Shown: positions 1-11,974 of the stretch, piece after piece
How positions within the stretch are numbered: the stretch's first letter is position 1
How the letters are laid out: each line of letters starts with the position of its first letter
Source of the DNA: Eledone cirrhosa
Lineage: Eukaryota
DNA length: 64,000 nt
Reading direction: 5' to 3'
Assembly: GCA_964016885.1 (NCBI GenBank)
Contig: OZ024740.1
Location: forward strand, 153,140,001 to 153,204,000
Notes under the pieces: model-generated
The model's input: only the letters and a program-made list of their open reading frames with translations
What the model was told of the DNA's origin: nothing
Database searches by the model: none
Translations under genes and position numbers: made by a program

Positions 1-2085
1 AAAAATATCCCAAAAGTGCAATTTGGGAGACTGCAGCAGTCCGTCTTGCCAGAAAAGAACGTCGCAATGCTGAACGTGAGTACAAACTGCACAAATCAGA
101 CATCAATAGGAAGAGGCGAAATAAATCGTTCAACCACCTCAAACAGGTGACAACAAAAGGCAGTGCTTCAATTTGAGCAGCGCATAGCAACCAGCCCTGA
201 CAGTAAGGTGTTCTGGAAGTATGTTCACTCAAAGCAGAGGCCTCACTCTCCAGTTGGTCCTCTTCACAATCCCCACACAAGCCAAGTTACTGACGACCCT
301 AAGGAATGCGCAGAGCTCATTGCTGAATGCTATGCAGGCATTTTCACTATTGAAGACCAGAGTGTACCGTCTCCACCACCTATGACACCGGACTCTATTA
401 CAACCATGGAATTTACACCTGCAATGCTGCGACGTCACCTAAAAAATAAACGCAACCATGTCTCTCCTGGTCTTGATGCTGTTACGTACCTGCTTCTTAA
501 ACGTGGTGGGTACTTCCTTCTGCACCAGCTATCACGCTTCTTCCAATTCTGTCTGAACAACGGTGCTACTCCAGAACAGTGGAAAACTGCCAGTGTCATT
601 CCTCTGTTCAAAAAGGGTGACCACACATCACCTGTGAACTATCGTCCAGTTAGTCTTACTAGTTGCATTGTCAAACTGATGGAATCCTATGTCAGAGAAA
701 CACTTTGGAACTTCTGGAACTCTCACAGTCTTATCTGGTCCTCGCAATTTGGATTTATCCCCAACTCCAGTTGCTGTGATCAACTTATCGAGTTTCTTGA
801 AGACATCACCGGGATCACTGATGGCGGCTCATGGGTGGATGTTGTTTACCTTGACTTTGCGAAAGCTTTCAATTCTGTGCTACACAAAAGGCTTATGGCA
901 AAACTCTCTGCAATGGGTGTGAAGGATGATCTTTTTAACTGGTTGAAATCCTTCATTCTCAGTCGAAGAGAGGTAGTCACGGTTCTGGGACAGCATTCCT
1001 CACCATATGAGATGCCATCTGGTGTACTACAGGGATCTGTTCTTATCCCCCTTTTGTTTGTGGCATATATTAATGACATAGATGCCAACTTAAAGAGTGT
1101 CACAGTACTAAAGTACGCAGATGACATCAAGCTGTACCTTGAGATAAAAAGGACAGATCCTGAACACTATAGGTCTTGCTTGCAGTCTGACCTGGACACA
1201 ATGCAACAATGGATCTCAGACTGGCAACTCAAGCTAGCTGTGGACAAGTGCACCGCCATGCATTTTGGGAGTAAAAACCCAGCGTCCACATACTCCCTCC
1301 ACAGCACTAATATCAAGAAGTCTTTTTGTGAACGTGACCTGGGCATTACGGTCAGCAGCGATTTGCGTTGGACGAAGCACATCTCTAAAATTGTCAAGAG
1401 GGCTGAGGATGTCTTAGCATCACTCAGGAAGACCTTTGTCAGCTGCTCTCCAGCTATCTATTTAAGGCTGTACATGGTTATGGTGCGGCCACATTTAGAA
1501 TTTGCATCACCAGTCTGGAACCCCTATCTTGCTCAGAACATTGACCGCCTGGAAACTGTTAAGAGACGTGCAACCAAGCGCATACCCTCCATCAGGCATC
1601 TACCATACTCTGAACACCTTGCTTTCCTGGGCATGGATACATTGAAGCTCCGACGCCTGGCAATTGACTTGGTAAATACCCACAAAATTGTTAACCATCT
1701 TGCCAACAACAACCCTGAGTACCTTTTTGATTTCCATGTGTCTAACACTCGTGGACATGCCCACAAAGTCAGAAAACAGCACAGTACCCATGACTTTCGG
1801 AAACATTTTTTCACGCTTAGAGTTGCTGAAGCATGGAACAAACTACCTGCATCAGTTGTTAGCTGTCGAGACACTGCATCCTTTAAAACCTCCATGCTTC
1901 CCGAGATTCGCCAACACTACACCTAATGTTCCCCCTCCATACACATACACACATGTATATCATGATTCATACACTATTCACTTCCCTGACATTTGTATAT
2001 TATTCTATGTACTATACATGCACCTTTGACGAGTTGTAGTGCACCTGAGCACTTTACACAATAATTTCATTATTATTATTATTAT
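1..2085 (+). mobile_element. CR1-group LINE, 3' portion (starts before the window), ending in an (ATT)n tail
   Basis: RT ORF 163-1926, short 3' UTR, then 'ttcattattattattatt' at ~2066-2084; an upstream frame (KYPKSAIWETAAV...) joins through a frameshift near 158. Confidence 0.9.
163..1926 (+). pseudogene. CR1-type ORF2 reverse transcriptase, probably inactive
   Basis: Motifs NYRPVSLTS, YLDFAKAFNSV, GVLQGSVLIP (degenerate GVPQGSVLGP), KYADD, ERDLG, VRPHLEFASPVWNP and a CR1-like C-terminus TRGH...FFTLRVAEAWNKLP. Confidence 0.88.
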
Positions 2086-2184
2086 AAAAAAAGCCTTCTG
2101 ATTTCTACTATTTCATTTTCAATTTACTGCCAACAACAACAACTTGTTACAAAGAACACGTTACTTTAATCATTATATTGTATT

Positions 2185-2578
2185 CATCATCATCATCACC
2201 GTTTTACGTCTGTTCTTCCACGCTTGCATGGGTTAGACGGGTTGTCCTGTTGTAGACAGTGTCCGGTCGGTTAACCTTGTCTTGCTCATATGGGAACTGA
2301 TTCTGGCTTGATTTCTACAGCTGGATGCCCTTCCTAACACCAACCTCATTTACAGTGAGTGCTGGGTGCTTTTTTGCCGTGGCACCTCCACGACCACTTT
2401 ACAGTGGAATGATAGGGATCCAGTCCCTATCATCTCATTTCTACAGCTGAGTAAACTGGAGCAATGTGAAATAAAGTATCTTGCTCAAGGAAACAACACA
2501 TCACCCAGTCCGAGAATTGAACTCACAACCTTTCGATTGCAAGTCCAATGCTCTAACCACTAAGCCATGCGCTTTCAC
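2185..2578 (-). mobile_element. tRNA-derived CORE-type SINE with RTE-like 3' tail and (ATG)n end
   Basis: Minus strand reads TGGCTTAGTGG (A box), GAGTTCAATTC (B box), CCTTGAGCAAGATACTTT...CAGTTTACTCAGCTGTAGAAATG (CORE-like); 2185-2345 matches the RTE 3' end at 38728-38885. Confidence 0.75.
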
Positions 2579-2774
2579 TGTATTATCCTTTATATATATA
2601 TTGCATTACATATACTGTTATTTAGGTAACACTCTTTACATATATGTCACATCTTGTATCTTTTCGTTACACCTCCGTGGGTAGAACAATTAAAATCATT
2701 AAAAATAATGATCAAAAACACAAAAGAGGAAGCAAAAGAACACCAGAACACTATCACAAAGTCAATCTATTTTA

Positions 2775-3140
2775 ACAGTCAGGTCTTCTACACAGACGGG
2801 GCACATTCAGACAAGGGAGTGGGTTGTGAAGCTACTTAATCTTCCAAAAATAATTATAGAACTATGAACTTCAGATTACACTATATTTGATACAGAATGG
2901 TGGGAAATTACATTATCCATAGATTCAGCTAAGGAATTGCCCTGGAAAAATGGTTTTCTATTTACTGATAGTCTATTGAACCTAGAACTGCTTCAGTAAA
3001 GAAAAAGGGGTCAGGTTAAAGATATTGAAAAAACTCTGCTAAAAATAGGTAACTACCTCTCCTCTCAAAAAATAATAAAGAAATAACAGTGATTTGGATA
3101 CCGGGCCATACAGATATTAGAGGAAATAGGAAAGCATATC
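2775..3140 (+). pseudogene. Degenerate RNase H domain fragment of a non-LTR retrotransposon
   Basis: FYTDGAHSDKGVG and IWIPGHTDIRGNRKA resemble the YTDGS and WVPGH.GI.GNE.AD RNase HI motifs; broken by stops and frameshifts. Confidence 0.7.
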
Positions 3141-3529
3141 ACTTCTTTTGCCATACCCACCTGACAGAGGAAAACGGCCTCTCCTGTCCTTCAGTGTTAA
3201 ATGAAGATGACAGGGTAATCCTGACAATGGACTTGGCTGACAACGAAATTTGTCATAGATGTGACAGTAGCTGCTTGACACAATCCCACAGGTCTGTAAC
3301 TCCTGGACAGTGAACAATTGCATGCAGAACGGTTTTGATGTTCTGCTTGAACCTTAGACTGGTTCTTCTGGCTGGATCCCTGCCAGGGCGTCCGTGCCTG
3401 TAGATTCTATCTCAAACTGGTAGAGCCTGATGCATATATATTAGATAGATTGACAGAAGGCTAGATACATAGATATATAGGGAGTTACATGTATATATAA
3501 ATGGGTAAGGTAGGTAGATAGGTAGAAAA

Positions 3530-4450
3530 ATTTAAGTCAGAAAATATTTTTTCCTTTGTTTTTTATGAGATCAAGGAGGTGTTTTTGAATAAATTTGCCA
3601 TGGTGTGGTATGGTATGGTGTAGTTTGGTGTGATGTAGTGTGTTTAGTGTGGAGTGCTTTGTTATAATGTGGTTCTCAGTAACATAAGGACTTTAATTTC
3701 CACTTTGATTTAAGTCGGAAAAATATTTTTCTTTTCATGTGCTATCAACTAATCTGACCTCCAAGATGCTCGCAATCGACTATTTTTTTAGCATATTAAC
3801 AATGAATATGATTTCCACTGCAATAAAAAAACGACTAGCTTTGTGAATTGTCTTTCTGCCCACTTTCCAGCCTCCTTCTTCTACAAAGTTAGTTGTTTAT
3901 GATAGGTTTCCATGTCAAATTCATTGAGAATTTGTGAAAAGAAAAAAGTCAGTTGCGAGCACACAAAAATAAAAAAACAGGGAAAAAATGTTTCACCCTG
4001 AGATCAAGGAAGTGTTTTTCAATAAATTTACCATGGTGTGGTGTGTTTAGTGTGCTTTGTTATAAGTGTTTCTAACATAATGAATTTAATTTCCACTTTG
4101 ATTTAAAGTCGGAAAAAAATTTTTCCTTCGTTTTTTTCATCTGCTATCAACTAATCTTACCCCCCAAGTTGCTTGCAATCGACTATTTTTTAAGCATATT
4201 AACAATGAATATGATTTCCACTGCAACTAGCTTTGTGAATGGTTTTTGTTCCCCCCTTCCACCCTCTTTTTTCTACAAAGCTAGTCATTTTTGACAGGTT
4301 TCAGTCGTATTCACTGATAATATGTGAACAAAAATAGTCAATTGCGAGCATCTTGGCAGTCATATTGTGTGATAGCACACACACACAAAAAAAAAGGAAG
4401 AACACTTTTCAAACAGAAATCCTGGTGTTCTATAAATTTACTGGGGTATG
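3530..4450. repeat. Diverged ~430 bp tandem duplication, each unit containing a ~235 bp MITE-like segment with ~46 bp inverted ends
   Basis: 'gagatcaagga.gtgttttt.aataaattt.ccatggtgtgg' at ~3567 and ~4000, weaker at ~4415; 'gctatcaactaatc...gcaatcgactatttt' (3741, 4143) is the reverse complement of 4331-4376. Confidence 0.7.
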
Positions 4451-4584
4451 GTATAATCTCGTTTGGTGTAGTGTAGATTAATGCTGTGTGGAGTGCTGAG
4501 TTATTGTGTTGTGTGGTATAGTGTGATTCTATCTAACTTAAAATCCTTAAAATGTAATGCCTATCCTCTCTAACTTTTTCCCTG

Positions 4585-4815
4585 GATTAGTGTCAGTGTT
4601 AGCATTTCCATTTGTGTTGGTGTTAGTGTTTTTGTTAGTGTTAGTTTTCTGGTTAGTGTTAGTTTTTAGGTTAGTTTGGCGTTAGTGTTCAGGTTAGTGT
4701 TATTGTTCGTTTTAGTGTTTGTGTTAGTGTTAAGTTAACTATTAGGGTATGTGTTAGTGTAAGTCATAGGGCAAGTGTTAGTTTTAGGGTTCAGTTTTAG
4801 TTTATGGTTAGGTTT
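4585..4815. repeat. Degenerate hexamer repeat (TTAGTG/TTAGGG-like)
   Basis: Runs of gttagt/gttagg/ttaggg variants. Confidence 0.7.
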
Positions 4816-5024
4816 TCTGCTTTCCAGAAAAAAAGTTAATTCTCTCTAACTTAAGTGGTGTGTTGTATAGTGTTTCATAGTTTGGTGTGGTGTAGTGTCG
4901 TATAGTGTTTGGCAATGTGGTATAGTATAGTGTTGTGTAGTTTGGTATGGTATTATGTGGTGTAATGTGGCATAGTTTGATTATTATAATACAAATAATG
5001 ATAACAATAATAATAGTAATAATT

Positions 5025-6980
5025 ATTGTCCTTCTTGTTCATCTTCTTTGTCTTTTTCTCCACTTACATCTAAATACCAAAAACAAAGAATGTAAAACGT
5101 ATATGTAGCCTATCTCTCAGACTTTACGAAGTGCTGAGGAGATAAAGTTAATTTAAAGAGCCATGTGCTCATGCATTGTGATCCAATAAAGTAACTTATA
5201 AGCTATTTCATAATTGAAAAACAGTGTGAAACATCAGAAGTATATACAAATTTCTTTGAATGTGAAGTTCACTGTTAACATAAAGAGAAAACAGACACAA
5301 AGTATTTATAGATACAATGCTCATCTTTTACTGATATCAGACAATGAACTGCGACCATGCTGGAGTCTCACATCTATGAGTTTTATTTGAAAGTGACCAG
5401 CTAACTGTTGGGGGACAGAGGTGTGTTTTTCTTGTTCAGTTAAGGTGAAACTGAGTAACAGACTCCTGAGTGCCAGAGATATGTTTTCTCTGCTAAGTTA
5501 AGGTGACAGATACTAACACTCTGCTGAAGGCCAGATGAGTGTTTCCACAGCTCAGCTAAGGTGAAACTGTCTAAAATACAGTTCGGGGGTGGAGGTAATT
5601 TTCATTGCCCAGTTAGGGTGAGTATAACTAGCAGGCTGGTGAGGGCTTGACGTGTTTTTACTGCTCAACTAAGGTGACACTGACTAACAGACTATTGAGG
5701 GTCTGAGGGGTGTTTTTACTATCAAGATAATGTGCCACTGACTAACTGTGTAGGGCCTGAGTTGTGTTTTCATTGCTCAGCTAAGGTGATACTGACTAAA
5801 TGATTGTTAAGGGCCTGAAATATGTTTTCATTGTTTATTTAATGTGACACAAGCTATCGATCTACTGTTGGCCTGAGGTGTGTTTTTGCTGCTCATCTAA
5901 GGTGACACTGACTAACAGTTTGTTGGATGTTGAGGGCCAGAAGTTTGTTTTTACTACTCAGCTGAGGTGACACCGACAAACAGACCATTGGCTATTGAAG
6001 GTCAGAGGTATCTTTTCACTGTTCAACTAAGGTTACACTGACTAACATACTGAGGGCTTGAGTGGTGTTTTTTACTACCCAGCTAATGTACTGAGGTGTG
6101 TTTTTACTATTCTGCTATGGTGATACTGACTAAATGATTGTTGAAGACCTAAGATGTTTTTTCTGCTCAATTAAGGTGACACAAATTATCAGTCTGCTGA
6201 TTGCCTGAGGTGTGTTTTTACTGTGCAGCTAAGGTGACTATGAGCTATTTAACAACAACCTAAAATTTATCACATTCAATTCACAACACAACAATGTCCC
6301 ATCACTTTCAAACTACACAACACTCTCAACAAGGCATTGGTTATCTAGGGTTTACACTAGAAGACCACCATAGTGATGTAAAACGCACCCAGTACACTCT
6401 GTAAAGTGGTTGATGGTACCATGATAAAATACACTATGTAAAGTGGTTGGCAATTGAATAGAAACAATATGGTGTAGAGAAAACTATTCAGTCTGGCCAG
6501 ACATATGACAGCTCTAGTGCTGGTGCCATGATAAACTGTACTCAATACATTCTGTAAAGTGGTTGACAATTGAATAGAGACAATATGGCATAGAGAGGAC
6601 AAACTCTCTTATGCTGGTATGGTCAAACTCTCTTGTGTATAGTGTGGTGCAGTGTGACATGTTGAGATGTGGTGTGGTGTTGTGCTATATCATGTGATGT
6701 GGTGTGATGTAGTGTGATGTGGTATGGTGGTGTGTGGTGCGGTGTGATTTCATGTAGTATGGTGTAGTGTGGTGTGGTTCTTCATCTTTATCTTCCTCTT
6801 CTTTGTATTCATCTTCTTCCTTGTTGTTGTCTTTGTTTTGTCTTCCATCTGAAAATGGAAAATAAAAAAAATGTAAAACATATGTAGCCAATCTCTCAGA
6901 CTTTGACAAAGCTGCGAGGAGATAAATTTAATGGAGTTGTGTTTCATGAACAGAGGTGCTATAAAATAGCTTAAAAGCTA
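5025..6980. repeat. Pair of diverged ~190 bp direct repeats (about 5025-5215 and 6780-6980), each preceded by (GTGTG/GTGTA)-type pentamer repeats
   Basis: 'aatgtaaaac..atgtagcc.atctctcagacttt...gaggagataaa.ttaat' at ~5089 and ~6870. Confidence 0.7.
5390..6242. repeat. ~58 bp minisatellite, about 15 diverged copies
   Basis: TAAGGTGA-like core recurs at about 5441, 5499, 5557, 5614, 5671, 5728, 5783, 5840, 5898, 5963, 6028, 6116, 6172, 6230. Confidence 0.9.
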
Positions 6981-7214
6981 TATATATATAATAGTACAAG
7001 GACGATTTGTTAAGCCTTCATTACGTATATTGATTGGTGACGTGTGTTTTGCTATTGATCAGCTAAAGGTTTGATCTGTATCCTGAACTTCTGCTGTTGT
7101 ATTACATTATTGATCAGCTCAAGGTTCGATCTGTATCGATCTGGCCTGACTCTGGAATCAAAAGCTCGCCGGATCTCTGCTGTTGTATAATTACAATAGC
7201 AGAGGTTCAGGAAT

Positions 7215-7519
7215 TAGAGAAGAACACCATGGAAAGCATCCAGCAAATAGCTAACTCCATCGACCAGAGTATTAAAGTTACTATAGACTACCCAACTAAA
7301 CACCCCAACTGTGTCTACCCGTAGTAGACACAGACCTCTGGTTGGAAACTATTGATAATAGAACACAAATCCTCCATTCGCATTATGCCAAAACCATGAC
7401 CTCCAAATACTTGATCCACCGAATCTCAGCTGTTTCGGATCACATGAAAATTAATATACTGATTGCGGATTTAGTAAGAGTGATGAGGAACGTGTTCTGC
7501 ATGTGTAATCCTAAATAAT
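7215..7519 (+). pseudogene. Penelope-like RT C-terminal (thumb) fragment
   Basis: TMESIQQIANSIDQSIKVTIDYPTKHPN, frameshift, then LPVVDTDLW...ILHSHYAKTMTSKYLIHRISA...ILIADLVRVMRN, resembling the post-catalytic region of PLE RTs. Confidence 0.6.
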
Positions 7520-7593
7520 TAGAGAGTCACATACAACACTTCATCCACCACATGCAGTTCTCTGGCTACAATCAGAAACTTGAAAAAGTCTAA

Positions 7594-7595
<2 letters not shown>

Positions 7596-7658
<63 letters not shown>

Positions 7659-7659
7659 A

Positions 7660-7732
<73 letters not shown>
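7596..7732. repeat. Compound microsatellite (TA)n(CA)n(TG)n; representative of dozens of similar tracts in the window
   Basis: Direct reading. Confidence 0.98.
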
Positions 7733-7735
<3 letters not shown>

Positions 7736-7954
7736 ATAACACACAGACATACATTCACACGATATAATAAATATTACTTTTTTTGAAGTATGTGTATATT
7801 TTATGAACAGCGTACCTTGGCAGCAGCTGTACATGAAACGTTATACAAATTTAAAAGTAAAGTGATAGAGTAAATCAGAGAGTTGTAGTTATAATTGAAA
7901 AACGATCCGTTTTAAATGTAATAGAGCCTGGGTAAAATTGGAAACAATCTAAAC

Positions 7955-8170
7955 TATAATAAAGTAAGAAGCGCGGGACTACGTACAGTTTATTTTTATC
8001 CCATTAGTAAAATAAGTTGGATTACTTTGAATAAATAATGAATGAATATTACATAATTTATCTACTAAATTTCGAGGCTGTTCATTAAATATATTTTATT
8101 ATTTATTTAAAGATTCACTTGTTTAACATTTTCAAATGTCAACACTTCCGGTGGCGATCGCTTAAATAAT
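7955..8170. repeat. Unclassified dispersed repeat, with an inverted diverged copy at ~43755-43970
   Basis: 'gtaaaataagttggattactttgaataaataatgaatgaatatt' and 'aaatgtcaacacttccggt' occur as reverse complements at 43770-43920. Confidence 0.75.
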
Positions 8171-8219
8171 CATACTAATTTTCTGTCACTAATTTTCTCC
8201 TAATGCAGTTTATATATTA

Positions 8220-8670
8220 CTAGCAAAGGTACCCGGCGTTGCTCGGATATTAAATAGCAGTTGTGTATACCATTTATGTCAATACTTCAGTGCTGCTTCG
8301 AAAAGTATACTTTTACAAAATCATCGGCTTTTTCCAAAAGGGGGTTCCTGCCCCCAGCGTACCCTACCAAATATGTGCCAATTCTGAGAGTTCACATTCA
8401 TCTGTAGGACAAACGTAGCCCACGTGTCAAGTTTTGTGAAAATCGGTTGCGAACTCCAGAAGTTATGACGTTTTGTTGCATTGCCCTGCAGTGGTTCAGT
8501 CGACTCCAAGGAAGTGGTTAAAGGGGTTATCTGCCGGGGGGCCCTATAATCAATATCTGACAGTGCCCATGACCATCCGGAGTACATAAGTAACCTATGT
8601 CTTAAGTTTGGTGAAAATACTGTAGAAATGCATAAGATTTATACATACGCGCGTGCGTTCGTGTGTGTGT

Positions 8671-8764
<94 letters not shown>

Positions 8765-9318
8765 GTCAGGGCATACGTATGTACTGGCCTAAATCTTCAC
8801 TATTTACTTTTACTATTTTAATAACCTCTGTCATTCTCGTTTTCAATTTTATTTACATCATTCTTAAACTCCGGGGCTGGAAATCATTCTGTTATTTTAA
8901 ATAGAATATTAGTCTAACGACTCCATTTATACCATAAACTTGGTCTTGTCTTTGCATGAAATTGTTCTTCATGATCCACATAACGACGTATTATCCTCGC
9001 TTTTTCCCCGTTCATTGCCACAGAACGTCTTCCCGAACCAAAATATCGTCTTCCTGTTTTCGTTCTGTTGCAACGTTTCTCGAAATATTTACTTCTGCGT
9101 TCACAGATTACTCTCAGTTCAATTTGAATGGGAAATTCCTGTTTCATCGATTTTCTCCGTAACCCTGGAAGCTTGTAGCTTGAAAGTCGACCCAACGCCT
9201 CCTCGGGTCATTCTGCATAACTGTGTAAATTTTCGCTGCATTCCACCAAGCCGTTTCGACGTTTATCCGACTACACCTACATATACAACGTCCGACCACT
9301 TCCAATTTATATAGTAGA
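8220..9318 (-). mobile_element. Complete non-autonomous Helitron
   Basis: Minus strand begins TCTACTATATAAA (9318) and ends CCGAGCAACGCCGGGTACCTTTGCTAG (GC hairpin plus CTAG, 8220); inserted between A and T with no TSD; internal (TG)n. Confidence 0.85.
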
Positions 9319-9432
9319 TTTGTTTATATATGAATGACAAAAAGAAAAGTACAAAACTATACATGAATTGTTTCTACTAAACCTTCAATTTAAGACACAA
9401 CCTACATATTTGATAGGACTCTAGCTCACACC

Positions 9433-9541
9433 TTCTTCTTCTTCTTCTTCTTCTTCTTCTTCTTCTTCTTCTTCTTCTTCTTCTTCTTCTTCTTCTTCTT
9501 CTTCTTCTTCTTCTTCTTCTTCTTCTTCTTCTTCTTCTTCT
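9433..9541. repeat. (CTT)n microsatellite
   Basis: About 36 perfect units. Confidence 0.98.
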
Positions 9542-9949
9542 GGAACATTGGGCTGCGAGCCATCCCCACACAACGCCATGTTCTGAGTCTGCTTTTCAAC
9601 TCCACCGTGATGCACGGTGCGTCACGGTGTATTTAACCATTTTTTTAGGTCTTACTACGGCTGATTACATCCAGAGAGAAAGAAAGAGATGGAAAAGGCA
9701 GTGAAGATTCATCCCCGAAGGAATAATAAAAAATGTTTACACTGCACATTTCATTTTTTCAAAGCTAAAGCTGCCAATCCCAAATCAGTAATTCAACTCC
9801 CTGAAAACTTTCAGATATATGCTGTTCTAGCATGAATATTATGCTAAGGGACAGCTGTCCAAAAAGTAAGATTTACTTGCATATCCCCGCTCATATAAAC
9901 ACATAAATACATGCATACATACATTACAGTTGATATTTTTTATTAAAGC

Positions 9950-10028
<79 letters not shown>

Positions 10029-10059
10029 ATAATAATAAATTTGAAGACTAAAATCCAAA

Positions 10060-10305
10060 GAGGGCTCGATAAGGATAAATATATATCAAATATATAAGAA
10101 CCGTAGAGCAAATATTTATTAAAATAACAGATTAAAGTTTAAGCAAAGAATCGCTGCATCCACCCTTAACGGGATCTTCTGAAACTAACAAAGTCAATCT
10201 GTAAACGCAGAACTAGATATTTCAAAAAACGTTGCAACCGGAGGAAGACAGGAAGACGATACTTTGGTTCGTGGAAACGTTCGCTGGCTAAGAACGGGAA
10301 GAAAC
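10060..10305. repeat. Mosaic of Helitron-internal cassettes between (TA)n tracts
   Basis: 10064-10113 matches 17729-17777 directly; 10121-10238 matches 17515-17641 inverted; 10197-10300 matches ~9000-9110 inverted. Confidence 0.7.
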
Positions 10306-10359
10306 GAATATAATACGAATATAATACGAATATAATACGAAAAAACTAATATAATATTA

Positions 10360-10460
<101 letters not shown>

Positions 10461-10763
10461 CGAAACATAAGTCAATTGCATGAACTCATAATCCTTTATT
10501 TACTGCTTTATTTGTATGAAATAGTAAATAAGACAAAAGTATTAGAACAGGGGGAAATAACTCTCGAACACGATAGTAAATAGACCGTTTTGAGGCCCCA
10601 GGGACCACATTTTTCAAGTTAGAGATTTGAAACCTCGTCTATTTGCTTCCTTGGCGCTTTTTAGATAGGTGTGTAAATTTTCATGTCCGTCCGACCACTT
10701 CTACTACCATTTAACCGTGCACAACTTAATTTCATACCATCCATTTCACAAATATATATTAGA

Positions 10764-11240
10764 CTAGCAGAGGTACCCGGCGTTGCTCGGATATTAAATA
10801 GCAGTTGTGTATACCATTTATGTAAATACTTCAGTGCTGCTTCGAAAAGTATACTTTTACAAAATCATCGGCTATTTCCAAAAGGGGGTTCCTGCCCCCA
10901 GGGGTCCCCTACCCAATATGTGCCAATTCTGAGAGTTCACATTCATCTGTAGGACAAACGTAGCCCATGTGTCAAGTTTTGTGAAAATCGGTTGCGAACT
11001 CCAGAAGTTATGACGTTTTGTTGCATTGCCCTGCAGTGGTTCAGTCGACTCCAAGGAAGTGGTTAAAGGGGTTATCTGCCAGGGGGCCCTATAATCAATA
11101 TCTGACAGTGCCCATGACCATCCGGAGTACATAAGTAACCTATGTCTTAAGTTTGGTGAACATACTGTAGAAATGCATAAGATTTATACATACGCGCGTG
11201 CGTTCGTGTGGGGGTGTGTGTATGTATTTGTGTGTGCGTA

Positions 11241-11317
<77 letters not shown>

Positions 11318-11940
11318 TTGTGTGTGCGTATGTATATGTATGTCCGTCGGGGCATACGTATGTACTGGCCTAAATCTTCACTATTTACTTTTACTATTTT
11401 AATAACCTCTGTCATTTTCGTTTTCAATTTTATTTACGCCATTCTTAAACTCCGGAGCTGGAAATCATTCTGTTATTTTAAATAGAATATTAGTCTAACG
11501 ACTCCATTTATACCATAAACTTGGTCTTGTCTTTGCATGAAATTGTTCTTCACGCTCCACATAACGAAGTATTATCTTCGCTTTTTTCCCGTTCATTGCC
11601 AGGGAACTCCTTCACGAACCAAAATATCGTCTTCCTGTTTTCGTTCGGTTACAACGTTTCTCGAAATATTTACTTCTGCGTTCACAGATTACTCTCAGTT
11701 CAATTTGAATGGGAAATTCCCGTTTCATCGATTTTCTCCGTAACCATGGAAGCTTGTAGTAGCCAAAAGTTTATTAACAGCGAAATAACGTTGTCTTTGA
11801 TATGTTATTTTAAATAAGACAATCATTTGAAAAATACTACTTACTGTTAGTGGTGGTTAACATGTATTAGAAATAAAATGAAAATGATATCTGAAAACAC
11901 GTACTTGAGAACATGACTCCCTTTTTCGCAATTTAATAGA
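10764..11940 (-). mobile_element. Non-autonomous Helitron, sister of 8220-9318 with a different 5' segment
   Basis: Same CTAG/hairpin end at 10764; near-identical to the first copy up to 'gaagcttgtag' (11759), then unrelated; possible TC start near 11940. Confidence 0.8.
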
Positions 11941-11974
11941 TATCGACTAGATTTCGACTAGATATTCCGACTGC

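Noticed and set aside
4585-4815. Interstitial telomere
   Set aside because: Only scattered TTAGGG; mostly TTAGTG variants, better treated as a degenerate simple repeat.
5390-6242. 58 bp array as a CRISPR array
   Set aside because: Whole monomers are homologous with no unique spacers, there are no cas genes, and the context is eukaryotic.
9603-9629. Small hairpin CACCGTG-ATG-CACGGTG next to (CTT)n
   Set aside because: A 7 bp stem with no second copy or supporting context.
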